A stretch of 64,000 nt of DNA, taken from contig JBHGNT010000018.1 of NCBI GenBank assembly GCA_043228905.1, positions 2,666,001 through 2,730,000 of the forward strand. The letters are read 5' to 3'. Below are positions 25,690-35,765 of this stretch, in pieces (positions within the stretch are counted from its first letter, which is position 1; each line of letters starts with the position of its first letter). The stretch is from Azolla caroliniana (taxonomy: Eukaryota; Plantae; Polypodiophyta). A model generated the notes under the pieces. That model had not been told where the DNA came from and searched no databases. It saw nothing but the letters and a program-made list of their open reading frames with translations. The position numbers and the translations under genes are program-made.

Positions 25690-27890
25690 AAATCCGAGGA
25701 TTCGCCTCCGAGACTATCTCGATTCCTTTCATGATTGGCTCGCACTGTTAGGAATTGGACCGATCTTTGGTTGTCAAGACTCTTTATTCGTGCGAAGGCT
25801 GCTCCATTATCGAACACTTTGGTCTCCATCCGAGATGATGTGATATAAGGTGGCCCTAGGATGACAGGATGCGACGCCGATTCTTGTACGAAGAAGTGTT
25901 GATCCATCTCCACATCCCCGATCGTGACTTTGACATTGGGACAAGCTCCGTACAAGTCCTCCGTAGACTTTGTTGCCGCGTGAATCTTCCATCCGTGGTT
26001 TGTATTGATTGGCCATCTTCCCTTTTTGTAGAAGTCGGTTGACATGAGGTTGATCTCCGAGCCGTGGTCGATCAAGGCTACGACGGTCTCTTTCTTCTCC
26101 CCAATCTTCACCGGCGTCTCCGTTGTCGCTCGTGCCCAATGAGGTCGAGTGTAGTGGCTGTCCACCATATCTTCATCGATTTCGTCTCTTGCCATCGTTA
26201 TGGCATTCGTTTTTGCTTTCTGCGGCTTCTCTTCTTCCTCGTCCGATTGTTGTCTCTTTCTCTTAACAAGGTCCACGATTGTGTCATGGAACTCCTTCTT
26301 CGTAATGCCAAGCAATTCCCTCAAGGACAAAGTTACGTGGCTATCAAGAACTCGTTCTTCGAGAATCTTCTTTAGGTCCGTCGTCTGCTCTATGTCCGAC
26401 CTTAGCTTATAGGTAGGTATGGTCCTTGTCCTCCGAGCGGGGTCTTCGACACCAACCTTCACGGGCTGAACCGTTTCTTCAACTCGTATGCTCGGCACCC
26501 CTTTTCGGCTTGATTCTCGTTCCTCCGTTTGTAAAGGTCGACTCGTCTCCGCATCGTCCTTCTTTTTCACATTCCTTGTTTCATGTCTTTTAGATGGGCC
26601 TTGCTCTTCTATTCTCTTTCTCTTTTCTTCGACGAACACCTCGTGGTTGTCGCACATCACCTCTGCGAGTATGGTGTTGTCGTCCACCGGATCCGACCAC
26701 CCGGTTATGCTTTGCACGTTTCGGTCCGCAAGCTCTACCTCGTTCGATGTGACTTTTCCCTTCTTCTCATATTCGAGAACGGAAGTCCAAAACTTTGCTC
26801 CCGCTCTAGCAGCTTCAGTCTTGTCTTTCCCGACTCTTATTCCGGCCGACGCAGCATAGTGCATCGCATCCACATGAGTCGCATCGGCATCCTCCATAGA
26901 TTTCTTCATTCCTCCTCTTCCGAAATTCACCCGTAGGGGTCTTCTAGTCTCGCTTGAGTAGATCATGTTGTCCTCTATGTATACGATATTTTGTCGAATC
27001 GCCTCTCGAAGGCTCGCACAATCCCTTCTCATGTGGTCCATGCTATCGCACCACACGCATCTAAAGGGTTCTTTTCCTTTAGGACCCCGACGATTCATGT
27101 TGGCTAGCGTGACCTTCTCGAACTTCTTCGCTAGCTCTTCGATGATGTCGTCATCAATCTTCTTTTCTTCCACGTTACTTTGTCTCAGCGGCTCAACTAC
27201 TTTCGGCGGTCTTGCTTTCTCCGTGGTAGTCGGTCCCGTCATGTCGGTGTCATCAACCCATTGGCGACACTTGTCGAGCCTATTGCATGCCCGCTTCACC
27301 GCGATCCAGTCCGCTACGAGCCCATTTGCTTGGGTATCATCTTCGAGAAGAGTCCCCAACTCCCGTCTATCCTTTATGTCCACGGCCTTCAAGAAGTACA
27401 AAGTCTTGTCCTCTTCAAGCAATACTTGGTCCGTATTCGGGAGACGACTAAACATCTGGTCGAATTTGTTGTACACCCTCGAGACGCTCATCTTCTTATT
27501 CTTCTTCTCTATCCACTTCATCAGGGCATGTCGAGTCATCCTCGTTGAGTCTTCAGTCACGAACTCCGCTAGTATCGTTTTCTCGAACTCGGACCATGTT
27601 GTCTTCCCTTCTTGAAGCTCAATGACGCGTCTTTGGATGTTGTTGGCGACAACTCTCTTGAAGCTTGCGATTTGACGTGCCTCGGACACGTCCCTTTGAT
27701 TCATCTCCCTCTTATATGCATCAAGGAACTTCGTAACGTTCCTTCCATCAAATTGGCCCTCGAGCTCTACGACACGATCGACAGCCTTCTCCACGCTCGC
27801 GTCGTTGTCCCGAGATCTCATCATTTGCTCGACGATTAGCATCATCCTTTCGAGCTCTCCTGCTTGGTTGCTTGAGGACGCCATCTCCAA
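25686..27890 (-). CDS. Gag-protease polyprotein of element B
   Basis: 734 aa; FDGRNVTKFL gag start, CVWCDSMDHMRRDC knuckle, protease-like ALIDHGSEINLM...VILGPPY. Confidence 0.92.
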   Translation of the reverse strand: MEMASSSNQAGELERMMLIVEQMMRSRDNDASVEKAVDRVVELEGQFDGRNVTKFLDAYKREMNQRDVSEARQIASFKRVVANNIQRRVIELQEGKTTWSEFEKTILAEFVTEDSTRMTRHALMKWIEKKNKKMSVSRVYNKFDQMFSRLPNTDQVLLEEDKTLYFLKAVDIKDRRELGTLLEDDTQANGLVADWIAVKRACNRLDKCRQWVDDTDMTGPTTTEKARPPKVVEPLRQSNVEEKKIDDDIIEELAKKFEKVTLANMNRRGPKGKEPFRCVWCDSMDHMRRDCASLREAIRQNIVYIEDNMIYSSETRRPLRVNFGRGGMKKSMEDADATHVDAMHYAASAGIRVGKDKTEAARAGAKFWTSVLEYEKKGKVTSNEVELADRNVQSITGWSDPVDDNTILAEVMCDNHEVFVEEKRKRIEEQGPSKRHETRNVKKKDDAETSRPLQTEERESSRKGVPSIRVEETVQPVKVGVEDPARRTRTIPTYKLRSDIEQTTDLKKILEERVLDSHVTLSLRELLGITKKEFHDTIVDLVKRKRQQSDEEEEKPQKAKTNAITMARDEIDEDMVDSHYTRPHWARATTETPVKIGEKKETVVALIDHGSEINLMSTDFYKKGRWPINTNHGWKIHAATKSTEDLYGACPNVKVTIGDVEMDQHFFVQESASHPVILGPPYITSSRMETKVFDNGAAFARIKSLDNQRSVQFLTVRANHERNRDSLGGESSDF

Positions 27891-28353
27891 GTATTAATCT
27901 CGACTTGATCCTTCCTACCGCCTCTTTCACGTCGGGTTCACCACTTAATTATGTCGTGAAGATCCGTCACTACGCGCGGATCGTGAGGCGGAACCGCCGG
28001 GGTTCTGGACCAGAAGGATTTAGAGTCGATACAAGCTTTGGCGAGAAAGTACTTAAGATAGATTGGGAAAGAGAGAAGATGAGATTACACGATTGATTTG
28101 ATAACGAAATTCTTCTTCTTAATTTTCATAAAAAAAAAACCGTGTTTTTCTCCTCCCCCTTCCCTCTTTTATAGATGCTCTCATCCATATGATGCATGTG
28201 AGGGTACAAGACATGCATAAATTGCATGTTTGCCATTTGGCGCTTAAGTATTACATGTGGTGCATGCTAACCATGTCACTCATTTTAGCACTCATGGATG
28301 AGAATTTACATGTAAAAGTACAATGATAGAAATATAATTTCAATTAAATACCA

Positions 28354-28420
28354 TGGCTTAATGGTAAGCCATTTGACTCTTAACTTGGAGGTGCAAGGTT
28401 CGAATCCACACTTGCCCTCC
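28354..28420 (+). promoter_or_regulatory. tRNA-like Pol III A/B-box cassette in the 5' LTR of element B
   Basis: Perfect A box TGGCTTAATGG 28354-28364 and perfect B box GGTTCGAATCC 28397-28407, at tRNA spacing. Confidence 0.72.
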
Positions 28421-28950
28421 TTGTATATGTAAATATGTATATATATTTATATATTTATTTTATCTAGTCGCCGATTCGCCGGATGTCGCTGCCGGATACC
28501 GGTGCCTCGCCGGATGCCGCCGCCGGATTGCCGTCGGATGCCGTCGGATCACCGGCTCCATCGCCGGTCCGGTTTTGGTTGGCCAAAACCCTTTTCGAGT
28601 AGCTAGCCACCTCCACTCTAAGTTCAAGTTACCTTGAACTCTCTATGCTCCACACATAGACACAAAGATAATATCTTTTGCTCCACCTTATATATGATGA
28701 GAGCCGTATTTGTCGTGCCTATGTGGGATATCTCACAATTTTCTCTTTTCTTTTCACAAACTTTATACCCTTATATCTTGACATTTAGTTGTCCATTTCT
28801 CGTGTAATAAAGTGCATTTGAAACCTCCATCATTTTGTACTTAGATATTAAAAATGTTTTATTCACAATTATTGTGTTATGTGATTCATACTTGATTTCG
28901 TACGTTTTATGGGATTTTCACACTATTGCCGAAAATCTTCACGACAACGA

Positions 28951-31262
28951 CTAGCAAAGGTGATCGGTAGGTCGAGTGCTCCTTCGCCGGGTTGAGCGAG
29001 CACTGCACCAATCGCGAAGGCGGAAGCATCGGAGTAAACGTGGAATTCTTTGTTCCAGTTTGGGGATCGGAGGATGGGGGCCTTAGTTAAGCACTCCTTC
29101 AAGAGCTTGAATGAGCGGGTGCACTCTTCCGTCCAAGTGTACTGCTTTAGTAAGGCATAGAGTGGTCTTGCCTTGTCTATGAACATCTTAATGAAGCGTC
29201 TATAGTAACCCGGGTACCCCATGAACCCTTGTAGTTGTTTCTCGTTCGCGGGAGGTGGCATGTCAAGAATGAGCTTTACTTTTGCCTCATCGGTCGAGAT
29301 TCCATGTCGGGACACAACTTGACCTAATATGAGTACGTGTTTGACCCAGAATTGGCACTTGAGGGGGTTGAGGGAGAGTTGATAGTCCCAACACTTTTCG
29401 AACGTCAAGCGGAGGAGTGCCAGGTGGTCATGCCATTTAGAATTGCAACATAAATTGTCGACATAGGACTCCACCCCTTGTCGTAACCTTGCCGTGAAGA
29501 TGTGGTCCACTGCCCTTTGATAGGTGCTCAGGGCACTTGTCAGTCCGAAGGGCATTTGCTTATATGTGAAGATACCAAATTCAGTGGCAAAGGCCGTCTT
29601 GTGTTGATCCTTGGGCACCACTGAGATTTGGTTGTACCCTGAGAACCCATCGATGAAACTATAGGCTTCTGCACCCGCGATTCTTTCGAGTAAGTGCTCG
29701 ATGTAGGGTACCGGGTAGTTATCCTTGATGGTGGCTTCGTTGACTTCGCGGTAGTCTACACATATGCGGATTTGACCATTCTTCTTTGGGACAACTACAA
29801 TCAGGGAGACCCAAGTTGTTTGTTTGATCAGGTAGATGATGCCTGCGTCTAACATTTTATTGATTTCGGCTTTTACTTGTTGAGCGTAGTTAGGGTTCAT
29901 TGGGCGCGGTCTTTGTCGGATTGGGCGGGTGTCGACCCGCATGGGGATGCTATGGGTGACGATTTCAACTGGGACACCTTTCATGTCTACATACGACCAT
30001 GCTAACACGTCGTTAAATTCTATGAGGAGGGCGATCAAGCACGTCTCCTCATCCGACTGGAGATTTGTGACGATGAACACTGGTTTGGGGTCCACCTCAT
30101 TTCCGAGATTCATTTCTTTAACTCTCGCCAGTCCGTCGCATGCCTCGCCTAGGATGTGAGGGGTGCATTGTGGTCTCTTACAAGCCACCACCCTACTCCC
30201 TTGTTCATAAGGACGGGAAGGTCACCTCTATCGAGGTCTTCTGAGTGGTCACATCCTCTTCCTGGCACATGATTCGTTGCACTAGATCTTCGTCTTTTAT
30301 GTCTACTTGTTTTCGCTAAGGTACGAGAGTGGTGACATTAAAACATGAGATTGTGTCTCCATCCTCATTGCAACACTTTGTACCAATGGGGTACATTGTG
30401 TCGGTTGTGGCAAGAGCGTACACCCAATTCATCTTTGACGCATCGGAAGCTATGGATTGGTCTTCTCTCGCATTCTCTGCCCTAGGATTAGTGGATTTTT
30501 TGGTAAACGATTGACCCCTAGCCAAGATCTGAACTGTTTTTGTGGGGTTACATGCCAGGAGGTTGGTCTTGAAATCTGTGGTTTCTGACCAATCGTCCAC
30601 AAGAGGGTTGCCTTCTTGTTTGTGCACTTTTTGTGTGTATGCTTTGATGCGAAAGGTTTTGTTGTTTTTACACATATAGATTGTATCGTTCCCAAAACCC
30701 ATCACAAGGCGGCTTACATGTAGGAATGGCCTCCCTAGTAAACACTCGTAAGCCACATGATTGGATGATCTTGTGACGAAGAAGGTGAGATTGAACTCGA
30801 CCCCGTGGATAGTGAAGTGGTGTGTAGGGATCATGCCTTCTGGCCGTTGGATGGACCCATCTATCATTCGGAGTTTGATGTTTGAAGGAAGCATTTTTGG
30901 GCTCCCCCACTTACACCAACATTTGTAGTTGACTATACTTACCCTTGCTCCGGTGTCAATGATCGCGTCACACATCATGCCGTTGACACAGACGGGGAGA
31001 GTGAAACTAGTATCGTTGCTCTCGAACTATCTATTGGTGTTCCTTCGGGTTGTTTAGGGACTGTGGTAGTATGAGGGACGTGGGTGTGTATCTTTTCTCC
31101 GTAACTTGCTGATAAGTTTCCATTGAGGCGGCGAAGGACATCGTGCCATGGTTGGATGTCGAGTTTGAGCAGTTCTTCAAGTGTGAAGTCTATTTCCTTG
31201 GCGAGGATAGGTCGTAGTTGGGGGTTGTTAGTCATGAAGGTGCTGGTGTAGCTCTGTACTTC
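28951..31262 (-). pseudogene. Gag end, protease, RT and RNase H start of the outer Athila/Tat-like element
   Basis: ORFs 30975-31235, 30316-30978 (DTG protease) and 28923-30191 (RT/RH). Confidence 0.88.
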
Positions 31263-31757
31263 GCGTTGTCGTGCCTTTCGGCTCCAGATCGTTGCGTGAG
31301 TCGGGCGGGAACCACTGAGATTTTGGACTAGGAGAAAAGAAAATTCTAAGGTAATTAAGAATATGAAATATATTGTAAGAAAGAAAGATATGAAAAACTT
31401 GTGAATCCCACGAGTATAGTGTATTAGTGAGTATTCAGATTAAGAGAGAAAAATAGTTAGCAAATTCGTGAATCCCATGAATATATTATATTAATCAACC
31501 CTTGTAAAATAATCAACAACCACTATACATCTTTCACTCTTCCTTATATAGTGTTGGAAGAGTCTAAGTTTATCACATGCAAGCATCATGCTTTTCCTAA
31601 TTTTAGTTTTCATGCACACTACTTGTGCATGATTAGCTTTCTATCCCATCTTTTCTTTTAACTCGAGTGTGTATGCATGAATAACTTTTTGTACCATGCA
31701 TATCTAGAACATTTACATGGGATAAAGTTTGGTATAACTTTAAAATTCATAATATGC

Positions 31758-31822
31758 TAGTATAGTGGTAAGGCTTAAAAATCGTTACCATGGAGGTATA
31801 GGGTTCGAATCCTGCCCTATGC
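31758..31822 (+). promoter_or_regulatory. tRNA-like A/B-box cassette in the element C LTR (second copy 38303-38357)
   Basis: A box TAGTATAGTGG 31758-31768 followed by TAAG, as in plant tRNA-Asp; B box GGTTCGAATCC 31802-31812. Confidence 0.68.
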
Positions 31823-34800
31823 ATGTAACGATATTTTCTTCTATTTACAAATTTGTGTCTTCATCCAGTGAGAAACTCTCACCGGCCTTCTTTATCCAGC
31901 TCTTGCCGGTTCTCCTTGATCTGGTTCTTACCGGGTCTCCTTACTGGTTCCTCCTTGCCAATTCCATCCTTCATCCGGTTCTCACTGGTTTCTCCTTACT
32001 GGTTCCTCCTTGCCAGTTCCATCCGGAGGGACAAAAATGCAATTTTCATATAGTATGCAAATTACACTACAACACTCGCCCCCTCCAAACCTGCACATCC
32101 TCCAGTATGTGCCGAAGTTCCCGATGCCTGTTGTTCGTCTTCATCAGTAGCACTACCAAATTCTCCCCTTATGTCGACTACGAGTTGAAGTCCACTTTCT
32201 TCGATTTCCGCATCACCGCGATCTTTGTCCAGTTACTCCTCGTTGTCGGTCTTGTCTAGGGTGAGATAGGGTTCGTCGTCAGTCTGCTTCTTGAAGATCT
32301 TTACCCGTTTCCCTGCTATAGGCACCCATAGTACTGTTCCATCAAACTTGCATAGTCGGTAAGTTTCGTTGTCGAAAACTTTCCGAACCTCGTATGGCCC
32401 GAACCACCTTTTCGCAAACTTCCGTATTGTTGTATGTTGATGATCCAGACTACTGTCATAGACAATCACCCAATCTCATTCTTCAATCTTCCGTGGTTGT
32501 AGTCGATGCGTTGTGTCGAATCGGCTTTTGTTCCGGAATCGCGTTTCTTGTTGTCGGCGTGTTGCTTCCGCTATGTCTTCCGGTTTTCCCTCTAGTTGTC
32601 GTATCCAGACTGCTAGTAGTTCTTCCCGGCTCATCTCTTCCTTCCACGACAACACTGTCCATGTCGCGATTGCAGTTTCCGTTGGCATTACCAGTGCTTG
32701 TCCAGTCATGAGTTCTGCTGGCATGTAACCGGTTACGGAGCTATGCGTCGTCCGATCTGCCCATAGTGCATACAGAAGCATCTACGGCCAATCATTCACC
32801 CTTCCATCGCATGCCTTCGCAAGTGCTTTGACGATCGGACTATGTCCTCGTTCGATCTTCCCGTTGGCTTCCGGATTGTATGTTGTTGTTAGTGTTAACG
32901 GAACTCCATGTTTGGCGAAGAATCCCCTAGCTTTGTTAGAAATCCCCTAGCTTTGTTAGAGTCAAGTTCTCCCCGATCCGCAATCACTTGTCCTACCCAC
33001 ATGTACCTGCAAAACACCTCCTCCAAAAGAAATTGGCATACCGCAGAACACGTTTTCCTTCGTAGTGCTCGACCTTCTACTTGGTTTGTGAGATCCTCCC
33101 GAGCTAACACCAAGTACTTCTTTTGTCCGATCCCAGTTGGCATGGCTACAATGTCGACCATCCACTTGAAGTTGATTGTCGGTGAAAACGTCGGATGTAA
33201 TTCATCTCGGTGTCGAACCCCGGAGTAGACTTGACACTTCTCACAGCTTCCTGTGAACTCTGCTACATCTTTGTACATATTCTTCCACCAATATTTTTGT
33301 TTGATTTTCACAAAAGTAACCCATGTTCCTCGATGTCCAGCCCAATCGGATTCATGAAAGTCGGATATTATCCGGTTTCGTTGCCCTTTTGTCCCGACAA
33401 CCTGAAGTGGTATGCCATCCGGTCTTTTCGGCTCCCTCCATATTAATCCATTTTTCAAGAAGAACTTTCGGACTTGTCGCTTCTTACTTCGGATCTCGGC
33501 TCTCTTTTCTTTATCGTTCATTGACACCTCGATCTCTTGTAGCATCTTCCCGATCGTCAAGCTTTCTCCCTCGTATTCTTCTTCTCGGAATTCTTGGATT
33601 ACGTTTATTCGGCATATGTGCTCTGAAGCAAAGTAGTCTTCAGAAACTTCTTCATTATCGGATTCAGCTATGTCGTCTCTGAACCGAGCCCTTGATAGCA
33701 TATCCGCTACCGCGTTGTCTTTTACGGAGATGTGTCGTAGGTCCGGGTTAAGTGACTTAACATATGCAATCCACCTTAGCATAGCCACATCCGGTATCGT
33801 GCAACACTGCATCATCCCAAGTATCGGAAGACAATCGGATTCGATCACTACTTCGTCTCTGATCAAATAATCTCGATCTGATTTGATTGCCAACACGACT
33901 CCCCATACTTCTCTTTTGACTTGTGCATATCCACGTTGCCTTCTGTTGAGAACCTTTGCTCCGAATCAGATTGGATATCGCAATCCATCCGAGTCGGCTT
34001 GATTGATGACCCATCCTATCCCGGTTGGACTTGTATCAACCGTTACTATGATTGGTCGGTCATAGTTCGGCTTCTTTAGTGCTTTTGCCCTCCGTAGTGA
34101 TTTCTTGAGCTTCTTCACGGCTTTGGTATGCTCCGGTTTCCATTCGAACTTCTTACCCTTCCGCAACAAGTGATAGAGTGGGTCCGCAATATGTGCATAG
34201 TGCGGAATCCATATGTGGTAGAATGCACATGCTCTGAGAAACCTTCAGACTTCAGATTGTGACTCGCATATTTCTTTCATAGCTTGAATCGCATCGATCT
34301 TGGTTGGTGACGGTCTTCGGCCGTAGGGCCCACATAGATGTCCAACTACCAATATCTCTTCTTGCCCGAATGCCGATTTCTCCCCGGACAGTGTTAGGTG
34401 CACATCTTCTAACTTTCGAAGCACTTTCTTGCAATCGGGAATATGGTCGACCACGAACTTTCGTCATCCTCGATCATCCATAGTTTCATCTTTTTCTTCT
34501 ACTGCACATCCTTTCATCAGAATGTCATCTAGGAACGACATCGTTATCTCCGGGATGCAATCTCGAAGCACCTTGTTCATCGTGTTCATCATATGTGCAA
34601 CCGAGTTTGTTGCTCCTTGTGGTAGTGTGCACATTCAGACTAACCCTATCGGTGTCCGCATGGTGGTGATGTCTCGGCTCTCCACAGCTAGTTGGAATTG
34701 CTCATACCCGAAGTATAGGTCTCCAATGGAGTATATCGCATGTCCGGCAAAAGCTTCCGCAAATTCGTCCACTATCAGACTGACTCCGAGTTCCGGATTG

Positions 34801-35097
34801 TGACCTTGTTCACCGGTTGCAAGTCTTGGATAAATCGGAGTGATCCATTCTTCTTCGGAACCGTAAACCATCGATTCGAGTATGGAGCGTTTGATGGCTC
34901 TAGAATCCCCATCGCCACCTTCCGCTTGAGCAAGTCGATGACTTTCAGAATATGCGCCCGTGGCACCAGAATTAGCTTCAGGTTCCATGGCACATGGTCA
35001 ATCGTGAAGATCACCATCGGCTCCACTATCTTCGGATCAATGCATCCTATCTCCCTTGATGTGAATGCGAATGCTTTGCCATGTTGCTCCAACATCT

Positions 35098-35765
35098 TGA
35101 AAGGACTACATGCTCCGAAAACAACACTCGGTCACAACCGAGTCTAGGATCAAACACAGAAAAACGGGTAATGTACGCACGACACAGTAAAAGAGAAGAG
35201 TACACAGGATGTTTACGTGGAAAACCCAAACACGGGAAAAACCACAGCAGTCCACAGACTGCAAACTATCACTATGTTACAATGTACAATAGATGAACAC
35301 AGAGGCAACAACCTCTTGTTCACTGTCTTCACCACAGGCGGCGGTTACAACAGAGACAACGTCCTCTTCGTCTCTCACTCTCTCTCTCTCTCTGTCTCTT
35401 TCTCTGTACACGGTTGCACTCAAATCTTGCACCAACAAGAATGACAACTACTCTGCACTAAGTTTGCCCTAAGTCATATTTATATTAATATGACTTTTCG
35501 GCTATACAAATATAGCCCCAATGGACTCTTAGAAACATATTTACGAATATGTCCCTTCATCCGGTGAGCACTCCTCACCGGGCCTGCATCATCCGGCTCT
35601 TGTCGGGCACTCGTCATCCGGTTCTCACCGGGCCTTCCTTGCCGGGTACTCGTCATCCGGTTCTCACCGGGTCTTCCGTTGCCGGGTACTCCACATCTAG
35701 ATTCGGTCGTTGCTCATCATCATCGTTCTTCTCACTTCCCATCCGGAGGGACCTGTTTCCTAACA
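35098..35765 (-). mobile_element. Solo LTR of an unrelated, copia-like family inserted in element C pol
   Basis: TG...CA termini; 5-bp TSD CATCT (35093-35097, 35766-35770); host frame rejoins (RFREM/LEQHGKAF); GGGTTTTCCACGTAAA motif on the - strand, often seen in copia LTRs. Confidence 0.85.

Larger units (their letters stand above)
14139..28946 (-). mobile_element. Element B: young, nearly intact Ty3/gypsy element of the tRNA-Trp lineage, interrupted by a chromovirus
   Basis: LTRs 14139-15190 and 27952-28946 are nearly identical apart from a 57-bp repeat indel; 12-bp terminal inverted repeat TGTCGTGAAGAT; TSD ACGA (14135-14138, 28947-28950); PBS 27926-27943; PPT from 15191. Confidence 0.96.

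Noticed and set aside
28345-28425. Functional tRNA gene (and the similar cassettes at 4791, 14541, 31758, 38303, 61368)
   Set aside because: No convincing acceptor stem or anticodon stem; only the A/B boxes and partial arms remain, so it is reported as a tRNA-like promoter cassette.
32922-32959. 19-bp tandem duplication in element C integrase
   Set aside because: An ordinary post-insertion slippage mutation causing a frameshift.
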